From the human T2T-CHM13v2.0 reference genome, Homo sapiens, in NCBI RefSeq assembly GCF_009914755.1, contig NC_060930.1: a stretch of DNA of 64,000 nucleotides; one strand, written 5' to 3'. Below, piece by piece: positions 15,051 to 31,349 of the stretch. The notes below the pieces were generated by a model. It had not been told where the DNA came from, ran no database searches, and worked only from the letters and a program-made list of their open reading frames with translations. A program made the position numbers and the translations under genes. Position 1 is the stretch's first letter. Each line of letters begins with the position of its first letter.

Positions 15051-16115
15051 GTACGCAGCTGCAGTCACAGTGCAAACCACCCAAGAGGAGGAGACTTCAC
15101 TGCTGAGAGAAACCAATAAACTGCTGTCCGCTAGTGAACTGTTGCCTGCTTGCTAAACCATCATGTTCTCTTACTTCTATCTTACTTATCTTTTTTAAAA
15201 AAATCTCACTTTCATTCTTTAGTGTTTTAGAAGGAGGATGAATTCATAATAATTTTCTGGAGCTTTTTTTGATCTAGTAGATAAAATCTATATTGATGTA
15301 TATAAAACATATATTCATGTGTTACAGTATGTTACTACAATTTTAAAAGCTCAGAATTCAGATCTTCACTTTGTTTCTGAAATTCCAAGTTGACCTTCAG
15401 TTTTTTAGAAAGCAGTGCGCTTAGAGGTGAAAACCAGAAAGCAATAACAAAGGTGATCATTTAAGAGGTTGACAGTGACAAAATAAAACGCTGATAGGCT
15501 TTTAGGTCCTTAGAGAAGTGGGTACATCCTATCTTATTGCTGGGACTTGCACTTTCTTCTGTACCTTTGTGAGATTGTTCAATGAAAGGAGTGCTGATAC
15601 CCAATTTCACTTCCTAGTATATAAGAAAAGATGTAATTCTAAGGATTCAGAAGTTTTGTTTTTCGTTTTTCATAATTTCTGCAGTCAAATGCTCTACCAC
15701 TGAGTTATAACCCCCTTTTTCATAATCTCTGAAGTAAAGAAATATGGATAGAATAATTAATGTTTAAATATCCTAATAATTTAAATTCATGAATAAGGTT
15801 TGAAGATATTAATGAATTACCTTAATGAAAAATAGTGGCTTTTTGGCATTTTTATTGTGTGCCTTTAAAGCTTTCAAGTCTGCTTGCCTCCTAGATTTTT
15901 TTTTTCTTTCAATATATTTGGAAGCACATTTTGATTGAAAACTCATTCTGGAGAATTTTGCTGTAATCACTGATTACAGTGGATCAATTCACTTCTGCAA
16001 AGTTAGGAATCAGTAATCTGTGCTCTTTATACTCTTTAAAGTGGAGTAATGATGGAAGATTATAAAAGAAAATGAACTCTTGTGTCTTTATGTCATGCCT
16101 TAGTTCTGAGTATTA

Positions 16116-16553
<438 letters not shown>

Positions 16554-17749
16554 TTAATATCCTATAAGATAAAGTTTTACCTTTGCCGCACAAGGCCAAC
16601 CTCCCTTTCCTTCTCTTATGCTTCTGCTTTTGGGAACATTTCTTTTATAACTCCAAATGTGAAACCTGTTATGGTTTTGCAGAGGCAAAACCATATTCTG
16701 TTTGGAATGAGAGGTGAATACGAGTAGACTTGCATGGGTATATTACAGTTGGAGGTAAGATACAGGTTATTAATATCTGCTGATTATGCCCTTCCAAATG
16801 ACTCTTATGTTCTAGGTATTCTTTTTTTTTTTTTTTTTTTTTAATCACTCATACTCAGTACTCATTTGAACTAACTACTCTCTGGAGGCACATGTGTACT
16901 TTATTCTTAGTTTTTGTGACATACAGAGATTGTGCACTGCATGAAGAAGGATATGGGCTTTGGTTCAAATGCTAACTTTGCTGTTTCCTAGCAGCGCGAT
17001 TTCAGGCATGTTACTTAACTTTTTTGGAGCCTCATTTTTTTGTATTTATATGGTTGTAATAGTTAGTGATGTATGTAAAGTGTCTAGCACAGTATATAAA
17101 GCACTTTAGCTATTTAACAAATAATAGCTATTTTTTATTATTACTACCATAAAAAGAAAATGTGATTCCTAGCCACTACATTTTTAATGTTACACTGAAT
17201 CATAGTATGTTCAGGCTTAGTTATCTGATTTAAGACCAAATTTTTTCTTCATGGAAGACTTAAAACCATCAAATTTCCTGTAGTGAACTTTATAAGGAAT
17301 CAAAGAAAAATCATTTTCTTGGATAACTTTTATTCCATTTCCTTTCCTAACAAATAGCTTTGTGAATAGTTGAGTAATAGTTTCTATTAAGGAATGGTAT
17401 TTAATGTATAATGGGACTCAATAAATCTCTCAATGTCCATTAATAATATAATTTTTGTTACTAAAGAATGCCAGATAACTCCTTGCACATAGCTAAACAT
17501 GGTGTTCCTTCTTGTTTTCAGATTTGACAGCCAGTCAGTTTCTTAAGGCAATGTGGTTTTTGGGGTGAAGGGGTCACTGGACCTTTTTGAGAATCTGATG
17601 AAAACTTTCTATACCCTCCATCCCCCAAAATAAACATGTATGTACTACATTGCATACAATTTCAAGGGATTTGTGGTCTCAACGCTTCTAGATGCCAATC
17701 AACAAACAAAATTGTCCTTTGGGATGTAACCTAAGTTTATACTATAAGT

Positions 17750-18052
17750 CAACAGTCCCCAACCATTTTGGCACCAGGGACTGGTTTCATGGAAGACAAT
17801 TTTTCCATGGATTGGGGGCAGGAGGTGGGGCATTAGATTCTCATAAGGAGCGTACAACCTAGATCCCTTGTACGTGCAGTTCACAATAGGGTTTGTGCTC
17901 CTATGAGAATCTAATGCCGCTGCTGATCTGACAGGAGGAGGAGCTTAGGTGGTAATGCTGGCTCACCTGCTGCTCACCTCCTGCTGTGCGGCCCAGTTCT
18001 TAACAGGCCACAGACTGGTACTGGTCCATGGCCCTGGGGTTGGGGACTCCTG
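17750..18052 (+). mobile_element. MER1B-like hAT-Charlie DNA transposon
   Basis: TIRs ca..gtccccaacc / ggttggggactcctg; perfect 8-bp TSD ctataagt. Confidence 0.9.
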
Positions 18053-18899
18053 CTATAAGTAACATACAGTGATAAGTTCTTTCATATTTGTTATTATATA
18101 GCCAGGCTAGTGATTTTTCAGATTTTTGAATTTTTCACCAGAGCATAGAGAAGTTGATACAAGTTTGAGTCTCTTATTCTTTATAAGTTTTCAGAAATTT
18201 ACCATCAGCAGGACTAAAAAGTGGTTTTTATTAGACTAAAGATTGCTGTATAAATAGGAAGGATCTTTTGAATATTGTTATCAGAATCGATCATATGGTA
18301 TCATACTAGGAGAAATTAGTCTTTGCTAATTTCTCTGTTAATTGAAAGTCTTTCCAGAGGTACTTATTTCAGTAAAAATACAGATATTTGGAGTTCCTGG
18401 TTCTGTATATCGGTGTCCAGTCATTTGTTCCTAAGGCATTGTTTTAGCATGGTGGGGAGGGGAAAGGTTAAGTAGCTTTATTACTGGTACATTTTTAGGT
18501 CTCTGACTTGGTTAGTTAGGGTAAAAGTTCTTTTCTCTACTTGTAAGCATCAGGGTTTCAACATGAGCATTTTAATTACGCTATGATATATGTATAAATT
18601 CTTGTAGAGACATTTAAAAAGTCTATTAACTTTAATTTCTGCCCCCACCTTGGTCTTCTTATCCTTCATCATTTCTATTTTATATTGTACTTATCCTCAC
18701 TTTCTTAACACTTAAGATACATGGATCCTTTCTGGTAATCCCAATCAGAGAAGCCAGGTAGACTTTCTTAGACCATTTATATTTTATTCCCAAATACTTC
18801 ATTATTCTAACTCAAGCCTCATGTTTCAGAGATGCAGATATAACTTGTCACTTAAATGTTGAAAGAAAAAAAAGGTGAACTTTTTAATTGAAAAAAGTT

Positions 18900-19145
18900 T
18901 ATTGAAGTTTATTGTAGTTTATTGAAGACTACTATGTGCCAGCCACCATGTTAACTGCTTTTTATGTTTGTAGTGTTTACAGATGTTTAAATATGTTGAA
19001 AGAACTTCTTCCATATGCTTTTTAATCCCCTTTGCAAGCTACGAAGTAGGTGTTGGATTACCCCATTTTATAAGTGTGGAAGGAAGCACAGGTTCAGAAA
19101 GGTTAAATAATCTACCTGCAGTCACAGAGCAAGTGCTTTGCTTTT
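18900..19145 (-). mobile_element. MIR
   Basis: tttattgaagactactatgtgcc ... ccccattttata ... ggttaaataatctacc. Confidence 0.7.
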
Positions 19146-20427
19146 CATTAGTATCAACGACTGTGGTTGAGACTTTCACTGACACAAATACCTGATTCCA
19201 TGATGTAGAGCTAGCCACCCAGTGTGAATTACTGGCTTTAACCATGTCCTTGAAGAATGAAGATAATGGGAAATATTCTGCCACAGTATAGGGACATTGC
19301 AGAGTTTATATAAAGATATCAAACAAGTTTTTTATTTTTAAATAACATTCAGGAAGAATGCGCTTTTTTTTTTTTGTCAGAAGAAATGATTTGGTTGTGA
19401 GTTCTGGTGCTTTAAAAAGTAAAGTGATTATATGCTGAATATAGCCAAGGAAAGCAATTAGCATTCTAATTTCTTTAGGATCTTTTGTCTCATAATTAAA
19501 TGAATAAACACCATCTTTACAGGCTCCTCGAGATGTTGGCACTAGAACTACAAGCACTGCAGTGAGCTTATTGGAGTACTGCAACATGTGGTTTCAAAGA
19601 AATTCACTAGAAACCTGCCTCCCATTGCTTCCTCTACCTTTCACTTAATCGATATAAATGTTCCAGGGCACACAGAAGTTAGTATTTTCAGTGTTTTCTT
19701 ATTTGGGCCAGTATCTGCTCCCTTGAGAATTACATGTAATGAAAAAGATGTTACTACAAGATAATTTTTGTTGAATCTGTATGCTCCTTAGATGGTCTTG
19801 TTTATAAGCCTGAGACTGTCATATCCATTTAGTTGTGGCTTCATTGTGGATGAGTGGGTTAGAAGCAGTAAGTAGGGTTGGCATCTATGAGTCATACCAA
19901 TTACACAGATTTTTAAATCCATCTTACATATAGAGCATAAACATTCACCTAGGTGCTATGGAAGTGTAGATGATTGAAGCAGCATCATGGCCTGTGGACT
20001 AGGCATTACCTAAAATAATTGTTGAACTTATTTCTTAAAGTCTGTCTGCCTGTTGTTTCCTCAGCCTGTTAATGAAAACTATAGGTTGTTTCTTTGGGCA
20101 CCATTATAAAAATATGTTGATAAAATTAATTCCATGCAAAGGTACTGAAAATAAGAAAGAATATTTACGATTTTCTCTGTTCTTCTGATGGGGTTGATGG
20201 AGGCAAAAGAAACCTTTTATGATATTAATATTTGCAACCCCATGTCAAGTTAATCCTTGACAAATCAAGGATTTGTCATTATTCAAACCTGTAGTGTAGC
20301 CTTAGGCCTTGCATGCAATGATGAATTGTTTGGATGAGTTATAACATGCTGCTTTTGACTGATCTTGACTTTAAATTGTAATAACAGAAAGCTGTGGGTA
20401 TTTTCCTTTTGTTCTTAATGTTTAGAG

Positions 20428-20659
20428 CAAGCTTGTCTAACCTGTGGCCCACGGGCCACATGTGGCCCAGTTCAGCTTTGAATGTAGCCCAACACAAATT
20501 TGTAAACTTTCTTAAAACATTATAAGAGTTTTTTTTTTTTTTTTTTTGCGTTTTCTTATTTTGCTCATGGGCTATCATTAGCGTTAGTGTATTTTATGTG
20601 TGGCCCAAGACAGTCTTCTTCCAATGTGGCCCAGGCGAGCCAAAGATTGGACACCCCTG
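20428..20659 (-). mobile_element. MER30 hAT-Charlie DNA transposon
   Basis: caagcttgtctaac ... gattggacacccctg termini; perfect 8-bp TSD gtttagag. Confidence 0.9.
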
Positions 20660-21274
20660 GTTTAGAGGTTTAATTTTGTTCTTTAATTTGTAAATGTAAT
20701 GTTTTATTTACCTAAAACACTGCTTGAAATATTTGAAGTATTTTGCTGGAATTAATAGCAAAGATGACTTGTAAAAACAAATTTCTGCAGCAAAAGAATA
20801 TAGTGAAATATAGTGATTTAATTTTTATTTATAGACCCCTAAAGGGCTTTTTAATGTATATTTTAAGTTTTTAAGTTTGCACAGAAACAAATATGTCTAT
20901 ATGATTTGTATTTAGTTAGGTGCTGATTCAAGTCACTGACATATATATCATATATAGATGCATATCTGTTTATATTTGTATAATTATGTCTTGATATAAA
21001 TATATATTGATTTAAATGTAGTTAAAGTGATAAGCACAATATTAGGTCATTGATAGTACAATGTTTCAAATTTTTTAAAGGTGAACTTTATTTTTCAGTA
21101 TGGTTTTAGATTTACAAAAAAGTTGTGAAGATAGTACAGAGTGTTTCCATGTACCCATACTTAGTTTCCCTTATTAGTAACATCTTATGTTAGAGTGATA
21201 CATTTGTCATAATTCACGGAACAATATTAGGACATTATTACTAATTCCAGCCTTTAGTTTTCCCCAATGTCCTT

Positions 21275-21686
<412 letters not shown>

Positions 21687-22086
21687 TAGACATTAATCTC
21701 CTTAGGCTCCATGGTTCAAATTTTAAGTGAGTTTTGCAGTGCCTTTTCAGTCATACCGTATTATAAAGCCTTCGGTCTCTTATTATGAAAGCACGTAAGA
21801 CATCAGGTAAGTAAGTTTGTGCTATGCAAGAGGCATTGTTAATGAAAACCTATGGTGTTATCTCCATAGAGATGAATGCATATGATTTTCAAAACAGGAG
21901 AATTTAATGTCACCATTTTTAATATTATTTGGCAAGCACTGGAAAAAACCTAGTGTGGGAAAGTAGTGTAACACTAATGAACTGTATTATAATGAGTAAG
22001 CTTGGGTATGAGCAGTTATTGAAAATAATATTGAGAATACATAAATTTATGGCACAATAACTGCATGTATTGATTCTTCTTTACAG

Positions 22087-22155
22087 AATGTGACAGTGAT
22101 GATAACATGGGTGCCAAAAATACTTCAATAGGAGAAGAATTTATATCCACAGAAG
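22087..22155 (+). CDS. ZNF451: ZNF451 penultimate coding exon (ECDSDDNMGAKNTSIGEEFISTE), 69 nt
   Basis: ttctttacag| acceptor, |gtaacc donor; phase 1 to 1. Confidence 0.92.
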
Positions 22156-22344
22156 GTAACCTAATAGAGTTAATCTCTTTTCTACTTGACTGTATCTGTA
22201 TTTTTTTTTTAAATTTCTCTGTCTCTCACCCATTCACCCCTCTTATTCCCTTCTACCCCCAAGTTAAAACATTTTCTCAGTTTGGATAGCTTTGCATTTT
22301 TCATGTAAGATGACTTAGGGGTAATACTAATTTAGAAAGCTAGA

Positions 22345-22548
22345 ATGGGTCAGCCAATTATGGCCCTTGGGTCAAATCCAGTCCACTATCTTTAGGAACA
22401 CAGCCATACATTTAAGTATTGTCTATGCTATTGCTTTTGTACCACAACTGCAAGGTTGAATAGGTATGGCACAGACAGTAGAGCCCCTCCACCCCCGCCC
22501 CCCTCAAATAATTATTTTCTAACCCTTTAAAAAGTTTGCTAACCCCTG
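22345..22548 (+). mobile_element. MER58-like hAT element
   Basis: gggtcagccaattatggccc ... aaagtttgctaacccctg. Confidence 0.6.
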
Positions 22549-22683
22549 GGCTAGGAGATGATTTTGATTTCCTAATTGTTACTTATCTTGAGTAGTATTA
22601 AGAGTATTAAAAGACAGGCAGTAGAACTCTAAAAGCAAGCACTTATATCTAAATATAAATGGGCTTTTAAAAATAAATTTTAA

Positions 22684-22866
<183 letters not shown>

Positions 22867-24433
22867 AAAATTAAAATTCTCTTTTACTCTTCTTAAAGGA
22901 AAAGCTATTTCCTTCCATAGGTTAAAGAGAACTTTTTATGTCACTTGGCATCAAATCATTTGCTGGCTGTACCATTATTTGGTTGTGTCTTGTAACCATT
23001 CTTTACTTTGGTTTTTCTATAACAGACTGCACTTTTTAATAACCTGGGGGAAATGAGATAATGAATCTTAGAAAATACTTTGAGCTTCACTGGAGAAGTT
23101 GAAAGTGTTATATCGGCATCTTTGACATTAAAGAAAAACAGTAGGAGTCTTCATGTACATTCCAGTATAATGTTTATTGTTGGAGATTATAGGGTAGGAA
23201 TGTGGAGGCTGGAAAGTAGGGATGGAAATGTGACTAAACACACACAAACAGAATGGCCCAACTGGTATGTTTTCTTTGCATTTCCTTGATCTCAGATAAT
23301 ACAACTAGTTTGACTAAGAGCATACTAGAACTTTATGCTATTAGGAGTTTGGGAAATGGAGTCTGGCAGTGGAATCGATTCATCCATTAGATTAAGTAGA
23401 TAGCTGTAATCTTTCTGCCTTATAGCCAAATTTCATTGGTTAAACAAAACTGGCCATAAATCTATACCTAATTGGAAGGAAGCAAGTGTTTTGACCAACT
23501 TGTTTTCCCAGCATGGTCTTTCAAGGTCTAGCTCAACGCTTAGCAGCCACATAATGATGAATTAAACAAATGAAAGAACTTTTGTGCGTTTTGAACAAAA
23601 ACTGCCAATTAAGTTGTTTATCAAGGCCACTAAAAGATAAACAGTACTGAACATCTAAAGAGTTCAGATTTTGCAACTTGTATTTGACACCTCGTGACTC
23701 ATCCCATGGAAAATGCCAGGCAAAATTATAACTTTTAAATAATTATAAGCTATCACAGTTTTGTGGGCTCCTAGCTAACCTAGGAAATCTGAGATTTGTG
23801 TAACTGGATATGTACCACATATTATCTATGTAATGCATTTTATGGTTTGGAGGTGGAGATGTTACATTTTTGTGATTATTTGGTTTGGAAAAATAATTAT
23901 TTTTATAGGATTCAAGAGAAGACACTTTAAACCTATAACTAGTTGTCATAGTTAAAATAGAGGTGGGGATAAAATCCTTTAATTCCAAGAAAAACCAAAG
24001 GAATGTGTTTGTGTTTTGTATCCTGATGCTTTATATAAAATAAATGTGAGAAGCATATGGTGGTTCACTTAAGTTAAGGAATATGGGCTCCTTTGCACTT
24101 TTCTCTAACACCCTTCTTCTTTTCCCCTCCTCATCACCCCAAAAGAGCTAACTCGAATTTTATCTCTTAGGTTGAACCATATAGAATTGCCATTTTTGTA
24201 GGCACTGTTGTATGGTCAGTGCCTTTCCTAGATTGTCCATCTTTAGACACAGCCAACCACTCTCTATTCTGGGCTCCCTCTGTACCAGGCCAAGTGGATT
24301 TAAAATACTTCTGTCTATAACTTTCATCTCTGCTGACTGTAAGCTCCTTAGGGAGTAGGATCATGTTTTATTTATCTTTACTTCAGCAGCACCTAGCACA
24401 GTGTTTGGCACAAAATGGTTGCTTGTTAAATGA

Positions 24434-24774
<341 letters not shown>

Positions 24775-25904
24775 TAAATGAATAAACTTTTAACAAACTT
24801 AAAACATGTTAGAGCCACCAGGACCCATTTCCCTATAACTGGATAAGGGAAATTAAGATAGAGGCTATTTTGTTATAGAATATTGGGTTATTTTGTTGAC
24901 CCTGAACCACAGAAGCAAAATAATGTTCTAGTCTAGACCTGATAACAAAACTCAAAAAAAATTTTAAGCAACCTCTTAAGTGTCTTTTTATTCCTTCCTT
25001 TCCCAGTACAACTCTGTAAATGCCTGAGAAATAGTGGCAGAAGACAGGATAAATCTGCTTATGGCTTTTTGCCTTAGGGTAATTCCCTCCTTCCATGATT
25101 TGTGTTATTCTTTGTTGTTCCTCATAGACCAATATCAAACTCTGACCACGCAGGCCAGTCATAACAATCCCATATAATCTAGTTCCTTGTACTTGACAGA
25201 GGAAACAGATGCCGCATAATGTGGTGGTGAAAAGTACAGTCTTTGGATTCATACTGCCTAAGTTAAAACTCTGCTGCTTACAAGTTGTGTAATATTGGAC
25301 AAGTCACTTAACTTCACTGTGCTTCAGCTTCCTCCTCTTAAATATGGGAATATTAGTATACCTACCTTACTAGAATAACATGACATATGATAAATAGTAT
25401 ATATTGGTTGCTGCTAATGTTACTGGGATTATGATGATCATTATGCCATTATTTACTTATATGTTCATCTAAGGTCTACTCTAGAGGTATGTCTGTTAAC
25501 TAGAGGTATTCTGACTCAAATTGCTGGAAGAGACAGAGGACAGCATTATATAGATAATTTTCTTTGCAAAACCATCTTTCTGTAAATGTTAGCAATATGC
25601 CTTATTCTGAGAATTCCTTCAATTAATAGCAGTCAAAACTGCTCTTAATCTTAACAACTTGTGAGAGTCAGACTATTCTCTTCATTTTATATGAAAACTG
25701 AGGCTTCTAAACATTAAGTAATTTGGCCTTACATCCACAGTTTTAAAATGATTGGGAACCATTTCTATATGTCTTCTACCTCCTACTACTGGTTGTTTTT
25801 GTTGTTTGTTTGCCATAATTACTGCTCTCAAAGTAAATGAAATTAAGGCAGAAAGAATGGTAAGGGGAACACAGAGCTAGCCACAGAATAGAAAAACAAA
25901 GACA

Positions 25905-26759
25905 GATTTTTCACAATTGCTCTTTATTTTTTCATATGGCTTCAAGTTACTGTCTGATGTCCTTTAATTTCAATCTGAGAGATTCTCTTTAGCATTTCTT
26001 GTAGGGCAGGTCTACTAGTAAATTCTGTAGCTTTTGTTTATCTGAGAATTTCTTTAGGAATAGTTTTGTCAGATATAGAATTCTTGATCGACATTCTTAT
26101 TTTCTGGTCTCCATGGTTTTTTATAAGAAATCAGCTAGTAATTTTATTAAGGCTCTCTTGTATGTGATGAGTTGTTTCTCTCTTGTTGTTTTCATTGTCT
26201 TTGGCTTTTGACAGTTTGACTATAACACGTCTCAGTGTGGGTCTCTTTAGAGTTCATTGAGCTTCTTGGATATGTAGATTCACCTCTTTCATCAAATTTG
26301 GGAGTTTTTCAACCATTATTTCTTCAAACATTCTTTCTGATCCTATTGCACTTCCCCTCTTGAGACTCCTGTAATGCATATGTTAGTTCACTTGATGATG
26401 TCCCACAGGTCCCTTGGACTCTGTTTACTTTTCTTCATTTTTCTTTCTGTTCCTCATACTGGATGATTGATTGATTGATTGATTGATTTAGACTGAACTC
26501 AAACCAAGACACACACTGGATAATTTAAATTATACTATCTTTAAATTTGCTGACTCTTCTTTGTACTCAAATTCATTAAGCCCCTCTAAAGATTTTTCAT
26601 TTTAGTTATTGTACTTTTCAGTTCCTGAGTTTCTATTTGATGGGCTTTTAATAATTCTGCCTCATTATTGGTACTCTTAATTTTGTTCATACATTTTTTT
26701 CCTGGTTTCCTTTAGTTCTTTGAACATACATAAGACAGTTGGCTTAAAGTCTTTGTCAC

Positions 26760-26760
<1 letters not shown>
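25905..26760 (-). mobile_element. Ancient L1 fragment, antisense, with (GATT)n at about 26465-26489
   Basis: ttagcatttcttgtagggcaggtcta and tcatcaaatttgggagttttt L1M phrases. Confidence 0.7.
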
Positions 26761-27961
<1,201 letters not shown>

Positions 27962-28198
27962 TACTTGCTTTTTGTTTTTTATAGTCTTTCAGCTGGCAAG
28001 TTTAATCCCTATAAGCTCACTGGAGGTATGATATCTTTGTATAGATGTTGCTGTACTTAATGATGGTTTGATTTATGATTTTTTTACTTTATAAGGATGT
28101 GAAAGCAATATGCATTTAGTATAAACCATACTTCAAATTTTGAATTTTAGTTCAAAGATTTTTATAACTTTAATTGTAAAACAGACGTTGTGATTTCG

Positions 28199-28230
<32 letters not shown>

Positions 28231-28240
28231 TATATACATA
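28199..28240. repeat. (TA)n(CA)n microsatellite
   Basis: Direct reading. Confidence 0.9.
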
Positions 28241-29447
28241 TAACCTACTATCATTTGTTAAAAAGACCTTTCCCTGTCATTCTGCAGTGCTACCTTTGTT
28301 ATAAATCCAGTGTCCATATATGCATGGGTCTGTTTCTGAGCTGTCTATGCTGTTCCTTTGGTCTATTTATTCTTGCACTAGTAGCACATTATTAGTTACT
28401 GTAACTTTATAATAAGTGTTCATATCTTAGACAAGTCTTGTCCCCTTGTTTTTCTTTGGTAAGAGTGTCTTGGCTTTTCTTTGCATTTCCTCATCCCTTT
28501 TAATTCATCTTAAGGGCAACTAACTGATCCTAGAGTGTAGCTTTAACTTGATACACAGTTCATGCTAGTTTATTGTACTTTAAATTAGACAACATAACAC
28601 TAGTGCCCCCAATCAGAGGAACATGCGGTTGCATCTTAGGGAGATCACTGGTGCCTGTAGCCAAGTAGCCTCTGAGAGACTGTGGACCAGATGGGATGAG
28701 ATAAATCTGGTGTGAGAAGCTAGTGAAGGCCAAGAAATTGACACCAAATTTCACCCTCCTGGATTTTAGCATCATTCCCAAGGAGGAGATGGAACTCAAC
28801 TATTGTGAACCCAATAACGTCTGTCTTGTTCACTATTACATTGCTGTTCCTGGTATATAATGGGCATTCAATAAATATTTGTCAAATGAGTTTACATACA
28901 TCTGCATACAGCATATATTATATGCTTCTCAGATGACATTTATGTGGCTATGAGTTTCACTACCTTAGATGCTAGGATGCTTTAAGCTAATTTTTCCCCA
29001 GCTTTATTGAGGTATAATTAAAAATTAAACTAAATTTTTAATGGCCTGTGACATTTTGTCATTTCATGGAGTTGCCTTTCTGTTTAAAGTCTTATATGTA
29101 TCACCTCAAGTCTTTTAGCAAATAAGTGATACAGATTTTTTTTTAAATGTTGAAACAAATGATTACCTGTCAGTGATTTTAAAAGTTTGTTGACTTTCTA
29201 CATTCCTAAGTGGAATTAACTTGCAAGTTCTAAGTTCATATATAAAATTCAATTCAAGATCATGTCTAGATTTTCATATTTCAAAATACTCAATTTTTTA
29301 GTAGAGAAACTGCCAAGTTATCCTGTGTTTTTCCATTTTGATTTTACTTTCCTTCTTGAAAAGAATACAGTCGATGAAACTTAAATAAATACAGCACATG
29401 TTGAGTTTTCTGCCCTAAGTGTTAAAATTCTATGTTTTTTAATGCAG

Positions 29448-29494
29448 ATGTGGAATTAGAAGAAGCTATTAGAAGAAGTCTTGAGGAAATGTAA
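29448..29494 (+). CDS. ZNF451: ZNF451 last coding exon (DVELEEAIRRSLEEM*), ubiquitin-interacting motif
   Basis: aatgcag| acceptor; TAA at 29492-29494; L-x-x-A-I-x-x-S-L matches the UIM consensus. Confidence 0.95.
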
Positions 29495-31330
29495 TTAAAG
29501 ATATTACCACACAACATCAAGTGGCCTTGAAGAGACTGAGATAACGAATTCTTGAGTTTGTTTTCTAAAGGAGACCAGAAATCCACTATTACAAATGTAT
29601 TTGAAAACATGTTTTTGCTTTCATATGTTCAAAATCTGATCTTTGTTTTGTATTTTTGTGCTAATGTGCAAACATGTACAGAAGAAATAGAATACATGTT
29701 CATGCAAATATAAATTATGTATTCTAATATAGGTGTAACAGTTTCCCAGTTAACTTTGAATTTATATATTTAGATTTAAAGGATTAAAAAAAAGGAAAGC
29801 TCTTGACAGTTGTTTCCCAAATAGCATTAGTTCTTTAATTTTATTTGTACTGTACAAATGATGCTAGTTTATTTTTTTAGCAGTGAAAATGAATATAAAA
29901 AAGGTGACATAGGTCAAGTTTTCCATAAATTCTACTTCTCATGTGGCACTATTATATAATACCTTTGAGATCTTTGTTTATGTTTATTAGAAGAGGGTAA
30001 TGGAAACTGATCATGGAAACATTTAAAATTTTATCAGCAATGTTCTTTGTGGGTGCCATGCATATGTAAATTATTGCTTTAATTAGAGCAGCACATTGCT
30101 AAAATAAAAAATACACCTTAATTTTTAAGAAATAATTTAAATGAAACAATTTCCATTCCTTTTACCTGCTTAGACTTTTATGTGACTTGTATGGTCTCCT
30201 GGTTAAAGGGAATGGTGTCAGAATATTTGCATAAAATTATTTTTCATAACAGTCCTTTTTTATATATTGGTGTAAACATAATATTCTTCAAGAAATAATG
30301 TTGAAAGCCTACTCAGGAATAATCTTCCTTAACTCTTTAAATTTTTATTTCATGTGAAGTGTTTTCAGTTTAGTTATTCACTGAATTGTCAGTTTCCTTC
30401 ATTTGGTATTACATATTTAATTCTTAAATATTGAGGCCCCATTGTGAGTAATAAAAAATACGACATAAGTAGAAGACTAAGAAGGGCTTGTCATATTATC
30501 TTTGTGTATATGCTTCATGTTATTTAACCAGAAATGTCTTATCTCTAAAAATTTTTAGTAGTAATTATTTACCAAACTTAAAAACATTTCTATAAATATA
30601 AAGCTTTTCTTTATATTTAAGACAAAATATAAAGGCTAGAATTTGGTTCCTTCTCTGTAACACTAAATATTTTAGTGTGAAATTGAATTTTTTTATTACT
30701 ATAGTCTTTTCAATCTATAATTTGTGTTTTTAATTTCTTGATATGTCACTTCTGTTCCTCCCTGCTTGCATTTTTTAAAAACTAGACATTGTGGCTTGAG
30801 AATTTATCAATCATCTTTCCGAAATGACCACATTGTGCTTTTAGTTTGTATGTTTAAGTGGTCAAGCAAGGCTCTAGGAGGTAGTCACTGAGCTGGACCT
30901 TAAACACATCTGCAGGAGCTCACAAAATGGGAGCAAAAGAGGCATTCCAGAAAGAAGAGTAGTTAAGCAGATGTGGGGGCAGGGCAAGAGGAGACAGCAC
31001 CTTGTTGCCAGAGATTCTACACAAAGGTGTGATGGACACTGATGCTCTATTAAGAAGCTTTTGTGGTGTGTGTGGTAGAGAATAATTAAGGCTTCTGATA
31101 AGACAGGAAAGGGATATTTCATCATGACTGTTAAGAAAAGGTAACTGGGTTGTTTAATGTTTTAATTGATAATTGTCACTGATCGTATTTCTACTTGTTA
31201 AATAATTAAAAATCATCTTAAAATTCATACTTTGACTTTAATTTAGACACAAGGAGATGTAATCGCTGTGTAACATCAGAGAAAGCTATATGGATTATCG
31301 TCAGAAGTAAATGTTTCTAACATTGACAAA
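29495..31330 (+). other. ZNF451: ZNF451 3'UTR (3' end approximate) with tandem polyA signals
   Basis: AT-rich, repeat-poor sequence after the stop; AATAAA at 30103 and 30450, ATTAAA at 31205; an L2 begins about 31350. Confidence 0.65.
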
Positions 31331-31349
31331 GATGCTTATCTTTTCATTA

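Noticed and set aside
24833-25252. 139-aa minus-strand ORF
   Set aside because: Starts in a MIR, has no domain resemblance and no supporting splice structure
28600-28620. CTCF-like GGGGGCACTA on the minus strand
   Set aside because: The 5' half of the core motif mismatches; unsupported without ChIP data
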